This document shows, piece by piece, positions 15,221 through 31,894 of a stretch of DNA of 64,000 nt (its first letter is position 1; every line of letters begins with the position of its first letter). Under the pieces are notes generated by a model. It was not told the DNA's origin. It did no database searches and saw only the letters and a program-made list of their open reading frames with translations. This DNA is from the human T2T-CHM13v2.0 reference genome, Homo sapiens. The translations under genes and the position numbers were made by a program. Where the stretch lies: assembly GCF_009914755.1 (NCBI RefSeq), contig NC_060925.1; one strand, 5' to 3'.

Positions 15221-16432
15221 GTTCTTTACAAGGTGACTCAGAATGTGTTCTTAGATCCCTTATCATTCTTCTGAATCTCTCAAAAGATAATGATGTGGTA
15301 TCATAGGAGGACCTCTTGATACGTTAGGAGAGCCTTAACCATACCTAACCATTAACATAACCTTGATTCTAAACAAAGGCATGAAATAGTACAGGCCCTC
15401 TGCAACTCAGTAAGTGGATTTCTATTCCTCATCTCTTATTCCTTTACACATTTGCTCTTTGTGAAGTTCATAAGATACACTTTTTAAAATTAAATCGATT
15501 GTGTTTATATATTTTTTATGCCAAAGCTATTTAGAAAATAGAAAAATATTTTAAATAAAATAACACAAACATATTTGCTGTGTCCCTTAATGAAGTCATG
15601 GGTTTTGACCTCTAATTTTTTTCTTTCATTAAAACAAATCCAAGCTGAAACTTTCCAACATGTCCTCTCAACAGGGCTGGAATAAGACTTTTAGAATGCC
15701 TAAGCATTGAAAGTATATGTAATACAGACTAAAAAAATATTAAAACATAAAGTAAGTATAAGGAGGTCCAAGAAAGTTCTGATTTCTCATATTATATCTA
15801 ATGTTTTAAACTCTCAGATATTATGTCTTTCCTAAAATGCCTTTCCTCATTTTTTTGGTGACTTATCTTTACTAGTGCTTTCACTGAATGCTTAATCTGT
15901 CTTTTGAGTAACCCAGGACTACCTCTCTGGATATCAGACCTATACCCTGTGTCAACTTAATACTATATACATTAGTAAATTATCTTCTTGATTGACATGT
16001 TGACTTGTTCATATTATTTTCATTTATTTTGTCCATGTTAACACAGACAAGGCCTCTACAGAGGACATACTCTGGCCACTGGGCAGGAAGGCTTTGTCTG
16101 TCTTCTTTAGCAATACATGGGCACTCTTGTAGCATCATCTTAGAGAATTTTACTAGTTAGAGAAGATAAAAAGAGCCTTCTCACCACTAGTGCCCTATAT
16201 TTATGTAACTTCCTTATATGAATCCTGAAGCTGACCCCCCCAATAGACAGAGTATATATGGGACTAAACTGAAGTGTACTTTAATGATCTATTGCCACCA
16301 CTTGGAAAAAAAGAATACGCAAACATATATGACAGTCACTGACTTTCAGCTTCTAGTGTAGTATACCAGATAAAATAATATGTATTTGTTTATATCAAAA
16401 TTAAAAACTTTGGAGAAGTTCAAATTGCTGGG

Positions 16433-16761
16433 TTTTTTTTTCTTTTGTTTTGTTTTGTTTTTTGCTTTTTGAGACAGGGTCTTATTCTGCTCACTCTGTT
16501 GCCTAGGCTGGAGTATAGTGGCGTGGTGATAGCTTACTGCAGCCTCAAATTCCTGGGCTCAAGTGATCCTCCCTCCTCAGCCTCTTGAGGAGCTAGAATT
16601 ACAGGTAGATGCCACCATGCCCAGCTAATTTTAAAAATATTGTAGAGACAGGGGTCTCACTATGTTGCTCAGGCTGGTCTCAAACTCCTGGACTCAAGCA
16701 GTCCTCCTGCCTTGGCCTCCCAAAGCACTGGGATTATAGGTGTGAGCCAATGAGCCTGGCC
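16433..16761 (-). mobile_element. AluJ-type
   Basis: Antisense Alu; TSD TTCAAAkTGCT. Confidence 0.9.
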
Positions 16762-17849
16762 TTCAAAGTGCTTATGAATTGAGCCTAAGGAATTTTCAGT
16801 ATAGCTACAGAGAGACTTCAGATTTCTCTGTATTATAAGCATTTCTTGTGATGAGGGGACAGAACTAACATTTCTTGAACATTTATACTCTGTGTTAAGT
16901 ACTAACAGATTATCTCATTAACATACATTAAATGTCTAGGATTTATTTGTAGAATAGTAATGGTATTAGCCAGAGAAAACATCTAATTCTTCCCCCAGCC
17001 CCTAGTTGATAATTGAGAGATCAAAGCTCAAGATCACCTTAAGACTTTTGTCTCAGTAGTGGGAAAGTTGGATTTATAATTTTTTTGAATGGGATAGATA
17101 TAGGATGAATTCTGTGTTGCTCAGTTAGGTTTTAAAGACACCTACTTTCTGAACGGGACCAACTTCTTTTTGGTTAGTAATAGCCTATCAGGTAGCTAAA
17201 AAGCTATGGACCTAAAAGAATGATTCACAATACTAGGCAGCATCATGAAATCATTTTGTGTCCAGTAGGTAGGTCATATATATTCCTCCAAATGTAATTT
17301 ATTTACTTATATGAAACATTAGGTAGTCATAGAATACATTCAATAGATTTAATAGACTGGAGATGATCAGTCAGAATTGTTCTTAGCACTTCATGTTGGG
17401 CACAGAAATTTTTCAGTCAGAATAGGTTTTTTGTTTGCTGTCCGTGGTTAAAAGCAAATGACAGAGTGTTTTTCTCTGGCCTTCCCAAAGTATTATATGC
17501 TTATTTCGTGTCCTACATGTGTATGCAGACACTACAGAGATAAAGAAAGCCCAATCATAATCCTGTTCCCAGGGATGACCATAATAAAAACTTGGTATAA
17601 AACCTTTATCCCATGCTTTGGCCTATGGTTATATAAGTATGCATTACCTACCTATACACATATGTATATATGTATGTATGTATATTTTTAATCTGAGTTT
17701 GAGATAAGATGGGAAAGTGGGAGGAAATCCAGAAGAACAGTGTGAAAGGATGCACATAAATTTATTTTCTTTCAAAAAATGCTGTTGAACAATACTCTTT
17801 TTCATTCAGTATATCGTGAATATCTTTCCATGTCACTAAACACATGTAA

Positions 17850-18065
17850 GGGTTAAAAGCATGTGGACATTGGAGTCAGACTACTTAAATTCAGATTCAT
17901 TCAAAACAATTTATCCAATGGTCTTAGGTAAATTACAATTTCTCCATTTTTTAAATGGGGGAATATTAGTAATACCAGTCTCATAAGATTGTTGTCAGAG
18001 TTTAATGAGTTAATATATGATTGATGCCTAGAACTCAGTACTACAGTGTACTGAGGTGCTATTGT
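17850..18065 (+). mobile_element. MIR
   Basis: GGTTAAAAGCATGTGGAC.TTGGAGTCAGAC...TTAAATGGGG. Confidence 0.7.
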
Positions 18066-18120
18066 TAGAGACAGAATTTCTCTTTTGACTGGTTTTTATC
18101 CTACTGTATGTGCCATAATT

Positions 18121-19172
<1,052 letters not shown>

Positions 19173-19740
19173 CCCTGTACCACAATTTATTTAACCAATT
19201 TTATATTTAGTTTTTATGGACATTTGTTTCCAGAATTTCCTGTTAAATAAAACCGTAACAAATATCCTTAAACTTGCATCTTTGCATACTTATCTGATAT
19301 CTCTGGGGTAAATTTCTAGAGATGGAATTGCTAGGTCAAACTGTAACCAAATTTTAATTTTGGATACATATTACAAAATTCTTCTCTGCTAGCAATGTGA
19401 GAGTACATTTTCCCATACTCTTCAAAAATTTCTAAACATTAAGCACCTTTATGGAAATCAAAAGCAAGTTATAAATATAAATATAATATATAAATATATA
19501 AATTTATTTATACATAAATATAATAAATATAAATGTAAAACAAAGCAATTTAAAAGTAATGATTTAGTAATTTTTTATTACTAAATCATATAAATAAAGC
19601 TCTTCAGCCAGCTTTGAAGACTCCAGTATTTTCTTTTTTGGGGAGAATATCCAGTTTCTTTAGGGAAGCAGTGGATCATGGCTAAATTCTAGAAGACTGG
19701 ACCTTCTCTTAGTTTGGAGGGGCTTATATAAAAGTTCTGA

Positions 19741-20260
<520 letters not shown>

Positions 20261-20374
20261 CTAGCCATTAGCTTGGAGTTCTACAGATCTCCAGCCTCTA
20301 GGAATTTGCTTATTGCTTCTCCCTTGTTGATCTTATTCATTCCCCTGGTTTCATCTATAAATGTTTACTCTCAT

Positions 20375-20675
20375 TTATTTTTATTTTTTTTAATCCCTCA
20401 CCGCCCTCCCACCCTTTCCCCTTCTGAGTCTCCAATGTCCATTTTCTACTTTGTATGCTTTTGCATACCCATAGCTTAGCTCTCACTTAGTGAGAACATT
20501 TGGTATTTGGTTTTCCATTCCTGAGTTACTTCACTTAGGATAATGGCCTCCTCTTTCAAGTTTCTACAAAAGACATTATTTCATTCTTTTTTATGGCTGA
20601 GTAGTATTCCATGGTGTATATATTAATATATCACATTTTCTCATCTACTCCTCAGGTGATGGGCACTTAGGTTGA
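20375..20675 (-). mobile_element. L1 3' fragment within L2 remnant
   Basis: TTTCCATTCCTGAGTTACTTCACTTAGGATAATGGCCTCC...TATGGCTGAGTAGTATTCCATGG; TSD-like TTTACTCTCATTTAT. Confidence 0.8.
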
Positions 20676-21188
20676 TATTTACTCTCATTTATATTTAATC
20701 CAAACCCACATATTTGGCTGTGGACTGAACATGTCGGCTTGGATGTTTCACAGGCACATCAAAAGTCAAAACTGAAATAATGTGCCCTCCCAAATGTACT
20801 TTTCATCTAGTAACCTCCACTTCAGTAAGGACTCTACCCAGCTGCTCAAACCAGAAACCTAGAAGTTATCCTTAACTCTCTTCTTAATATCCCATATCAG
20901 TTCAGTCACCAAGTCCTGTGGATTCTACTTCTTGAAAATTTTTAGAATCTTCCCACTTTTCTCCTATTCTTACTTAGGTAGCTTTTAGGCCACCAAATTT
21001 TCCAGGAAGATGATGCCCTCCTGGATTATTGCAGGACCTCCTGTAATAATAAATATTGGATACCTATGAAGTGCCAGGTACTGTTCTAGACATTGGAGAT
21101 AAAGTAGTAACCAGGAAAGACCCTGCTTTCATGGAACTTGCATTCCAATGAGAGAAAGATAGTAATTAAACAAATAAATGAATATATA

Positions 21189-21967
<779 letters not shown>

Positions 21968-22144
21968 ATATGATTAGTTTAGATCATGCTGAGGTTTATG
22001 AAAGAGGTAGGTTTGAGAAGATGGTGGCTTGGATTTGAGTGTTAGCAGTGGAACTGACAGAAGTGGGTGACTGCACTTTCCCCATATACTCTTGACCATT
22101 GTTGAGTCCGTTGCCACACTGCCAGTAGTCTTTTTAAAGCAGAT

Positions 22145-22820
22145 TTTTTTTTTTTTACTTTGAATTTCAGGGGTACTTGTGTAGGTCTGTTATATAGATA
22201 AATTGTGTGTCATGGGGGTTTGGTATACAGATTATTTCTTCACCCAGGTGATAAGCATAGTACCCAATAGGTGGTTTTTGGATCCTCACCCTCCTCCACC
22301 CTCAAGTAGGCCCCATGTCTATTGTTCCCTTCTTTGTGTCCACGTGTACTCAATGTTTAGCTCCCACTTACAAGTGAGAGCACGTGGTATTTGGTTTTCT
22401 GTTCTGTGTTAGTTTGCTTCGGATGATGGCCTCCAGCTGCATCCATGCTGCTGCAAAGGACATGATCTCATTCTCCTTATGGATGCATAGTATTCTATAG
22501 TGTTTACCACATTTTATTTAACCAGGGTACTGTTGATGGGCATCTAGGTTGATTCCATGTCTTTGCTATTGTGAATAGTGCTGCGATGAACATGCATGTG
22601 CATGTGTCTTTATGGTAGAACAGTTTATATTCCTTTGGGCATATACAAAGTAATGGGATGGCTGGATCAAATGGTAATTCTGTTGTAAGTTCTTTGAGAA
22701 ATTGCCAAACTGCTTTCCATGGTGGCTGAACTAATTTGTATTCCCACCAACAGTGTATAAGCATTCTCTTTACTCTTCACCCTCACCCAGCATCTGTTGT
22801 TTTTTGGCTTTTTAATACTA
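22145..22820 (-). mobile_element. 5'-truncated old L1PA 3' end
   Basis: ORF2 C-terminus (HCWWEYKLVQPPWK...PFDPAIPLL); TSD TTAAAGCAGATTTT. Confidence 0.9.
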
Positions 22821-22975
22821 TTAAAGCAGATTTTAGTCATTATTCAACAATATTTAGTAAACACCTATTTAGAGACAGATACTGTTCTATGTGCTTGAAT
22901 AGAAATGAGTGAACTAAAGTAACAAAGCTACTTGCCTCTGTGGAAATTATTTTCTAGCAAGAGACAGTTGATAAT

Positions 22976-23832
22976 TGTATTAGTTCATTTTCACACTGCT
23001 GATAAAGACATACACAAGACTGGGCAATTTATAAAAGAAAGAGGTTTAATGGACTTACAGTTCCACGTGGCTGGGCCAGGCCTCACAATCATGAAGGACG
23101 GCAAGGAGGAGCAAGTCACATCCAACATGGATGGCAGCAGACAAAGAGAGAGGGCTTGTGTAGGGAAACTCTTGTTTTTATTTATTTATTTATTTTTTAA
23201 TTTAAAAGTAAACTTTAATGTCAAAAATGCAAACTTGAGGAGGCCAGAAAGATCACACACAAGACTGCCACTTCACACTTGGATGGTTGCACAGCAGTCC
23301 GGCAGAGGCGCTCCTCACTTGCCAGACAGTGCGGGGGCCAGGGAGAGGCACTCCTCACTTCCCAGAGGGTGGCACGGCCAGGCAGAGGCGCTCCTCAGTT
23401 TTCAGACGGTGCAGCCGCCAGGCAGAGGTGCTCCTCACTTCCCAGACAATGCAGGGGCCGGGGAGAGGCGCTGCTCACTTCCCAGCAGAGGCTCTCCTCA
23501 CTTCCCAGATGGTGGGGCCGCCTAGCAGAGGCGCTCCTCATTTTTCAGACGGTGCGGCCGCCAGGCAGAGGCACTCCTCACTTCCCAGACGGAGACAGTG
23601 TGGGGGCCGGACAAGGGCCGAACAGAGGCATTCCTCACTTCCCAGACGGTGGAAACTCCCGTTTTTAAAACATCAGATCTCATGAGACTATTCACTACCA
23701 GGAGAACAGCATGGGAAAGACCCACCACCATGATTCAATTACATTCCACCAAGTTCCTCCCACAACACATGGGAATTGTGGGAGTTAGAATTCAAGATGA
23801 GGTTTGGGTGGGGACACAGCCAAACCATATCA
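22976..23832 (-). mobile_element. THE1 (MaLR) solo LTR, split by SVA2
   Basis: TGTATTAGT...CTGCTGATAAAGACATAC...GGGGACACAGCCAAACCATATCA; 5-bp TSD ATAAT/ACAAT. Confidence 0.88.
23181..23650 (-). mobile_element. SVA2 element (about 40-bp VNTR plus unique 3' end) inserted in a THE1 LTR
   Basis: About 9 copies of GGCAGAGGCGCTCCTCACTTCCCAGAC; SVA2-type 3' end with ATTAAA and A-rich tail on minus strand; 17-bp TSD GGAAACTCyyGTTTTTA (23164-80, 23651-67). Confidence 0.85.
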
Positions 23833-24768
23833 ACAATAAACATAATAAATATATAAATATAGTATATTAGAAGTTATAGTATTATGGGGAAAAGGAAAAG
23901 TACCGCAGGGTGATGGGAGTTATGGGTAGGTTGCAATGTTAAATAGGGTAGTCAGGATAGGCCCCAACTAGAGGGTGAGATTTGGACAAAGACTGCAGGT
24001 AGTGAGGGGATGCTCTGTGCTGGGAGTGTGACTGAGTGTTGAGGGACAGATGGAAGCCAGCGAGACTGCAACAAGAGAGTGAGGGAAGGGCGGTAGGAGA
24101 TGAGGTCAGAGAAGTAAATTTTTTCTTGCTTAAAGTCCTTTAAAGGCCTCCATTGCTCTTAGGATAAAGTTCACAATTTTGACACAGTCCACATAGTTTT
24201 TATGATCTGGCACAACTTACCTCTCCATCCTCAACTGCCCCTTCCCTCCCTCTCATTTGCACTGTCTCAATCAAGCCATAATGAACTTCTTTCAGGTTTT
24301 CCCAATAGACCAGTCTGTCTTTCACTTAAGAGTCATCACATATACTGGTTTCCTCTGCCAGGAATGCTCTGTCTCCCTCTCTTCAATAAGCTAATTTCCA
24401 TTTAGCTTTACTACGTTAGGAACTTTCTGTGCCTTCTGCAAACTTAGGTTAGACAGTGAAAACACAGGTTCCCTTTGTCTTCTAGGACATCTATTTGACA
24501 GTCCTTTGCATACTTGGGACTGATACCTGATTAAATGGTTGGTTGGTTGTTGTCTTCCTCATTGTAGTTAATCTCTATGTGGGGTCTGCCCACTAGTTTG
24601 CCTTTGTATTGGAGTTGCTGGCACATAGTAGGCACTTAAATATTTATTGACTACTGACTTAGAGTCAAATTGAGAAAGCATAGGTTTTCTTTTCCCTCAC
24701 TTCCTCCTATGTGTATATGAATAAGAATTCTGCCAGGATAGCAGCTTTTTCAACCCAGGTCTCCTTTG

Positions 24769-25076
<308 letters not shown>

Positions 25077-25198
25077 TCCTTTGCTTTTAAAAACCTTGAA
25101 ATTAATTGCTCTTGTCCCCAGTATTTAGCTTCTCTCATTTTCATTATTGAGATATAATTTATGTGTCATAAAATTCCCTTTAAAAATGTACAATTAGT

Positions 25199-25844
<646 letters not shown>

Positions 25845-26396
25845 TCACAAACTTGTGCACCCATCACCTTTATCTAATTCTAGAACATTCTTATCACCCC
25901 ATAAGCATAGTAGCCACTTCCCATTTCCCCATCCTATCACCACCTGACAACTTCTAATCTGTTTTCTATCTCTGTAGATTTACCTATTCTGAACATTTCA
26001 TATAAATGGGATCATATGATAAGTGGTCTTTTGTGACTGGCTTTTTTTCCTTAGCATAATGTTTTCAACGTTTATCCATGTCGTAGCATATATCAGTTCT
26101 TAATTCCTTTTTATTGCTAGATAATATTCCATTGTTCAAATGTACCACATTTTATTTATCCATTAATCAGTTAATAAACATTTCAGTTGTTTCCATTTTG
26201 ATTGTTATGAATAATACTACTGTGAACATTTGTGTACAAGGTTTTGTGAACATATGCTTTCAGTTCTCTTGGTTATATGCCTAGGAACAGAATTCTTGGA
26301 TCATATGGTAATTATGTGTTTAACTTTTTAAGGAGCTGCCAAACAGTTTTCCAAAGCAGCTGCACCATTACATCCCCCGTGGCAACGTATAAGTAT

Positions 26397-27098
26397 GTTG
26401 TAAGGCCTAAAATTAAAGCCCAATATGATGTGCTGCCTCAACATCTGGCAGAAATCAGGAAGGCCTCCAGTCACCTAAGTGCAAGGTCTCCTCCTTATTT
26501 TGCTCCTGTGGATAAGGTTTCCTAGCCAAACAACCCTCCTTAGCCAAAGGGTGAGGCGCTGTTCTTTTCTTTGATTTTGTTTTTTTAGGGCTGGGGTCTC
26601 ACTCTGTTGCCCAGGTTGGAGTGCAGTGGCACAATCATAGCTCATTGCAACCTCCAATTCCTAGACTCAATCCTTCTGCCTCAGCCTCCAAAGTAGCTGA
26701 GACTGTAGGCGTGAGCCACTATACCCAGTGGCATTGTTCTTTCTTAGAGTAGCAAACTTCAGTTCCTTGCCAGCCTGTGTCATTATTCAGACAAGCCAAT
26801 CACATCATCCCAGGGGAGCTAGGGGGCACCCCACTCTCTTGATACCATAAAGCTGCCTCCCACAGCCCCTGATTGTTCACTGTGTTTTAATCCAGCCCTT
26901 CCATGATGTTTTCCTCCCTTGGGGATGTGAATACCTGTTACTAATAAACTACTGTCAATCTCATCTGTCCGTGTCAGGTAAACTACTGTCAATCTCATCT
27001 GTCCGTGTCAATCTCATCTGTCCGTGTTTGACCATGGCTGCAACCGTAGGGCAGGAATTCCTCCCGTATTAGCAGGGTGAATAGGAGACAATCGAAAC
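26397..27098 (+). mobile_element. ERV solo LTR (subfamily not assigned) containing an antisense Alu monomer (about 26565-26730)
   Basis: TG...CA ends interrupting L1; AATAAA at 26943; LTR-like composition. Confidence 0.6.
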
Positions 27099-27239
27099 AA
27101 TGAGGGTTTGATTCTTCTACATCCTTGCTAACACTTGTTATTGTCTACTTTATTTTTTATTATAGCCACCTTAGTGGACATGAAGTGACATCTTGTTATG
27201 TTTTGATTTGCATTCTCCTGATGTGGGACATCTTTTCTA

Positions 27240-27281
27240 GTCTACAGCCATACCACCCTGAATGCGCCCGATCTCATCTGA
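27240..27281 (+). pseudogene. 3'-truncated (tailless) 5S rRNA retropseudogene, nt 1-42
   Basis: GTCTACaGCCATACCACCCTGAAtGCGCCCGATCTCaTCTGA matches the 5S rRNA 5' end with 3 CpG transitions; degenerate TSD (ACATCTTTTC / ACATATTTTC) within an old L1. Confidence 0.9.
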
Positions 27282-27388
27282 ACATATTTTCATGTGCTTA
27301 TTGGCCGTTTGTATATCTTTTTTGGAGAAATGGCTGTTCAGATCCTTTGCCCACTTTCTAATTGGGTTTCCTGCACTTTTATTGTTGA

Positions 27389-27610
<222 letters not shown>

Positions 27611-27867
27611 TAACAGTTCTTTATATGTGCTGGGTATTGCCTCCCATTCTGTGGACTGTCTTTTCATTTTCTAGATAATGTCCTTTGAAACACAAACATT
27701 TTTAATTTTAAGGAAGTCCAATTTATTTTTTCTTTAGTTGTTTGTGCATTTGGTGTCATATCTAAGGTCACGAAAATTTCTTCTTCTAAGGGTTTTATAA
27801 TTGTAGCTTTTACATTTAGGACTTTGATGCATTTTGAGTTAATTTTTGTATATGATGTAAGGCAGGG

Positions 27868-28250
27868 CATTATGGCTGAATCGTGTTTCCCCCCTACCCC
27901 CAAAATTCATATGTTGAAGTCGTAACCCCTAGTTACTCAGACTGTGACAGTATTTGGAAATAGAATCTTTAAAGAGGTAATTAAGTTAAAATGAGCTCAT
28001 TAGGGTGGGCCCTAGTCCAATATAGCTAGTATCCTTAAGAGGACATTGGGACACAGACATGTATGGAGAGAAGATCATGCAAAGTCACAGGGAGAAGACA
28101 GCCATCTACAAGCCAAAGTGTGAGAAGAAACAAACCCTGCTGACACCTTGATCTTAGACTTCTAGCCTCCAGAACTGTGAGAAAATAAATCACTGTTGTT
28201 AAGCCACCCAGTCTGATTCCTTTTTATGACAGCCCTAGCATACCATACAC
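27868..28250 (+). mobile_element. MLT1 (MaLR) solo LTR
   Basis: CCCAAAATTCATATGTTGAAGTC...CCTCCAGAACTGTGAGAAAATAAAT...AAGCCACCCAGT. Confidence 0.85.
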
Positions 28251-28654
28251 TAGGGGTACACCTTCATCCTTTAGCACATGGCTATCTACTTGTCCCCATA
28301 CCATTTGTTGAAAAGACTCTTCTTTCTCCTTTGGATGGTCTTGGCATCCTTGTCAAAAATCAGTTGACCATGGACAGTTTTATTTCTGGACTCTCTATTC
28401 CCTTATCTGTGTGTCTGTTCTTACACCAGTACCACAGTCTTGATTACTCTAGCTTTGTAATAAGTTTTGAGATAAGGAAGTGTGCATTCTCCAGTTTTGT
28501 TCTTCTCTTTCAAGATTGTTTTGGCTATTCCAGGTCCCTTGCATTTTCATATGAATTTTAGGATCAGTTTGTCAGTTTCTGCCAAAAAGGCAATAGGATT
28601 TTAATAGGGATTGCTTTGAATCTCTGTATCCATTGAGGAGTAATGCCATCTGAA

Positions 28655-29250
28655 TGTAAACCAAAAATGAAATCCTAAGCCCCCTGACCATTCTTTTACC
28701 TCAGTCCCTTGACAAGGGCATCTCAGAGGTAACCTGAAAAAACAAATTCAGCCCATGATGGGGGAAGGTGGGAGTCTGACATGCCTCATTATGCCATCTT
28801 CCCTTTTGGAATCACCAATAGAACAGACTTGTTAAGTCTGTTAAACATTTACAATCTATTCTCTCCAAGCCTGCTATCTGGAGGCTTCACCTGCATGATA
28901 AAACCATGGTATCCACAACCCCTTATCTTAACCCAGACATTCCTAAGTGTTTAGACAACAACTTAACTTTTTCAACCAATTGCCAATAAGAAAATCTTTG
29001 AATCTACCTGTGACCCGGAAGCTCCCACTTCCCCGTTGTTTCACCTTTCTGGACCAAACCAATGTACATCTTCCATGGATTTGATTGATGTCTCATGTCT
29101 TCCTAAAATGTATAAAACTAAGCTGTTCTCCGACCACCTTGGGCACATGTTTTCATGATCTGAGGGCTGTGTCATGGGCCATTGGTCATTTATATTTGGC
29201 TCAGCATAAACCTCTTCAAATATTTTACAGAGCTTGACTCTTCATCGACA
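28655..29250 (+). mobile_element. MER4-family ERV1 solo LTR
   Basis: TGTAAACCAAAAATGAAATCCTAAGCCCC...ACCACCTTGGGCACATG...CTCTTCATCGACA. Confidence 0.8.
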
Positions 29251-29486
29251 TTAACAATATTGAGACTTTTGATCCATGAACATGAGGTTTTTTCACATTT
29301 ATTTAGGTCTTATTTAATTTTTTTTGATGATACTTTGTGGTTTTTAGCATACAAAAGTCTTAAAGCACTTGAAAAAATTTAATTCTAACTTTTATTCTGC
29401 TTGATGCTATTGTGAATTGAATTGTTTGTTAATTTCATTTTCACTGCGTCCTCATTACTGGTATCCAAAAATACAACTGACTTTCC

Positions 29487-29578
29487 TTTTTTTTTTTTTG
29501 AGACGGAGTCTCACCCTGTCACCCAGGCTGTAGTGCAGTGGCGCAATCTCGGCTCACTGCAAGCTCCGCCTCCCAGGT
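29487..29578 (-). mobile_element. Severely 5'-truncated AluY-like fragment
   Basis: Only the 3' about 80 nt plus tail. Confidence 0.8.
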
Positions 29579-29702
29579 TAAATAGAACCAACTTATCTAT
29601 ATTGATCTTATAACCTGCAACCTTGTTGAACTCATTTTCAGCTTTAATATTCATGTATGTGTATTGTGTGTTTCCCAAGATTTTTGAAATACAAGACGTC
29701 AT

Positions 29703-30064
29703 TGTATTAGTATGTTTTCATGCAGCTGATAAAGACATACCCGAGACTGGGCAATTTACAAAAAAAAGGGGTTTATTGGACTTACAGTTCCATGTGGCTG
29801 GGGAGGCCTCACAATCATGCCTGAAGGTGAAAGGCACATCTCACGCGGCTGTGGCAAGAGAGAGAATGAGAGCAAAGTGAAACAAGTTTCCCCTTATTAA
29901 AACATCAGATTTCGTGAGACTTATTCACTACCACAAGAACAGTATGGAGGAAACCACCCCCATGATTCGGTTATCTCCACCTGGTCCCTCCCACAACACA
30001 TGGGAATTATGCGAGTACAATTCAAGATGAGATTTGGGTGGGGACACAAAGCCAAATTGTATCA
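29703..30064 (-). mobile_element. THE1 (MaLR) solo LTR
   Basis: TGTATTAGT...GATAAAGACATACCCGAGACTGGG; 5-bp TSD GTCAT. Confidence 0.9.
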
Positions 30065-30160
30065 GTCATCTTGTAGACATATTTTTACTTCTTCCTTTCT
30101 GATTTGGATGCATTTTCTTTCTTTTTCTTGCCTAATTCCTCTGACTAAAACCTCCAGTAC

Positions 30161-30861
30161 TGGCAGAATAGGTAACTAGGCAGACATGAACAGGACAGGA
30201 GAGGGCCCTCCTCCCCAGGAATGTCAGGTGACCATCAGGTAATGGTCATGCAGTTGTTAAACTATCTAACATAATGGTTGTAGCTTGCGCCAGGGAAAGG
30301 CTGTCTCCCAATAGATAGAAACCACCTGAAGCTGGTGATCAGCAGCTTCTTAATAAGATCTCAGGATTTTGCGAGTAGGCTCAAGCATGCCCACCAGGAG
30401 GCAAACTGGTGGAGTTTAACAGGTATATGACCCTCCTCTGGGAACACTAGTCAACTGGTAAGGGAAAAATACCTCAAATGAACATGCACACAACTTCAGT
30501 AAACACACTGTACATGCGGCCCCACCCCAGGGCTGGCAGGCCACTGTGCATGTGGACAGCCCACCCCAAGGGAAGAATCAGGGGAGAAGAAACACAAACC
30601 CTGGAATCATGCCAATGTATAAAACCCTAAGTCAAGGGTCAGACAGTATACTTGAATCTCTCAAGTTGCCTGCTTGGCTCACTTCCAAGAATACTTTACT
30701 TCCTTTCATTCCTGCTCTAAAAGTTTTTAATAAATTCTCACTCCTGCTCAAAAACTTGCCTTAATCTCTCACTCTGCCTTATGCCCTCTTGGACAAATTC
30801 TTTTTATTGAGGAGGCAAGAATCTCGAGTTGCTGCAGACCTGTACAGATTCACTGCTAACA
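30161..30861 (+). mobile_element. MER50-like ERV1 solo LTR
   Basis: TAGGCAGACATGAACAGG...GGAATGTCAGGTGACCATCAGGT; TATAAAA, AATAAA; 4-bp TSD GTAC. Confidence 0.75.
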
Positions 30862-30994
30862 GTACAATGTTGAATGGAAGTGGCAAGAGTAATTATCTTT
30901 GTCTTGTTCCTGATCTCTTTTACCCTCTATCAGAAAAGTTTTTTTTTTCCTTAGAACTTCATTTCTGGATTACTACTGTCACCACCATTGTCAC

Positions 30995-31894
<900 letters not shown>

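Noticed and set aside
23301-23650. Regular repeats superficially like a CRISPR array
   Set aside because: Primate DNA; units are degenerate tandem VNTR copies with no unique spacers and no cas genes.
22932-23685. 197-, 129- and 132-aa ORFs with repeated peptide motifs
   Set aside because: They cross THE1 and the stop-poor GC-rich SVA2 VNTR; no splice or promoter support.
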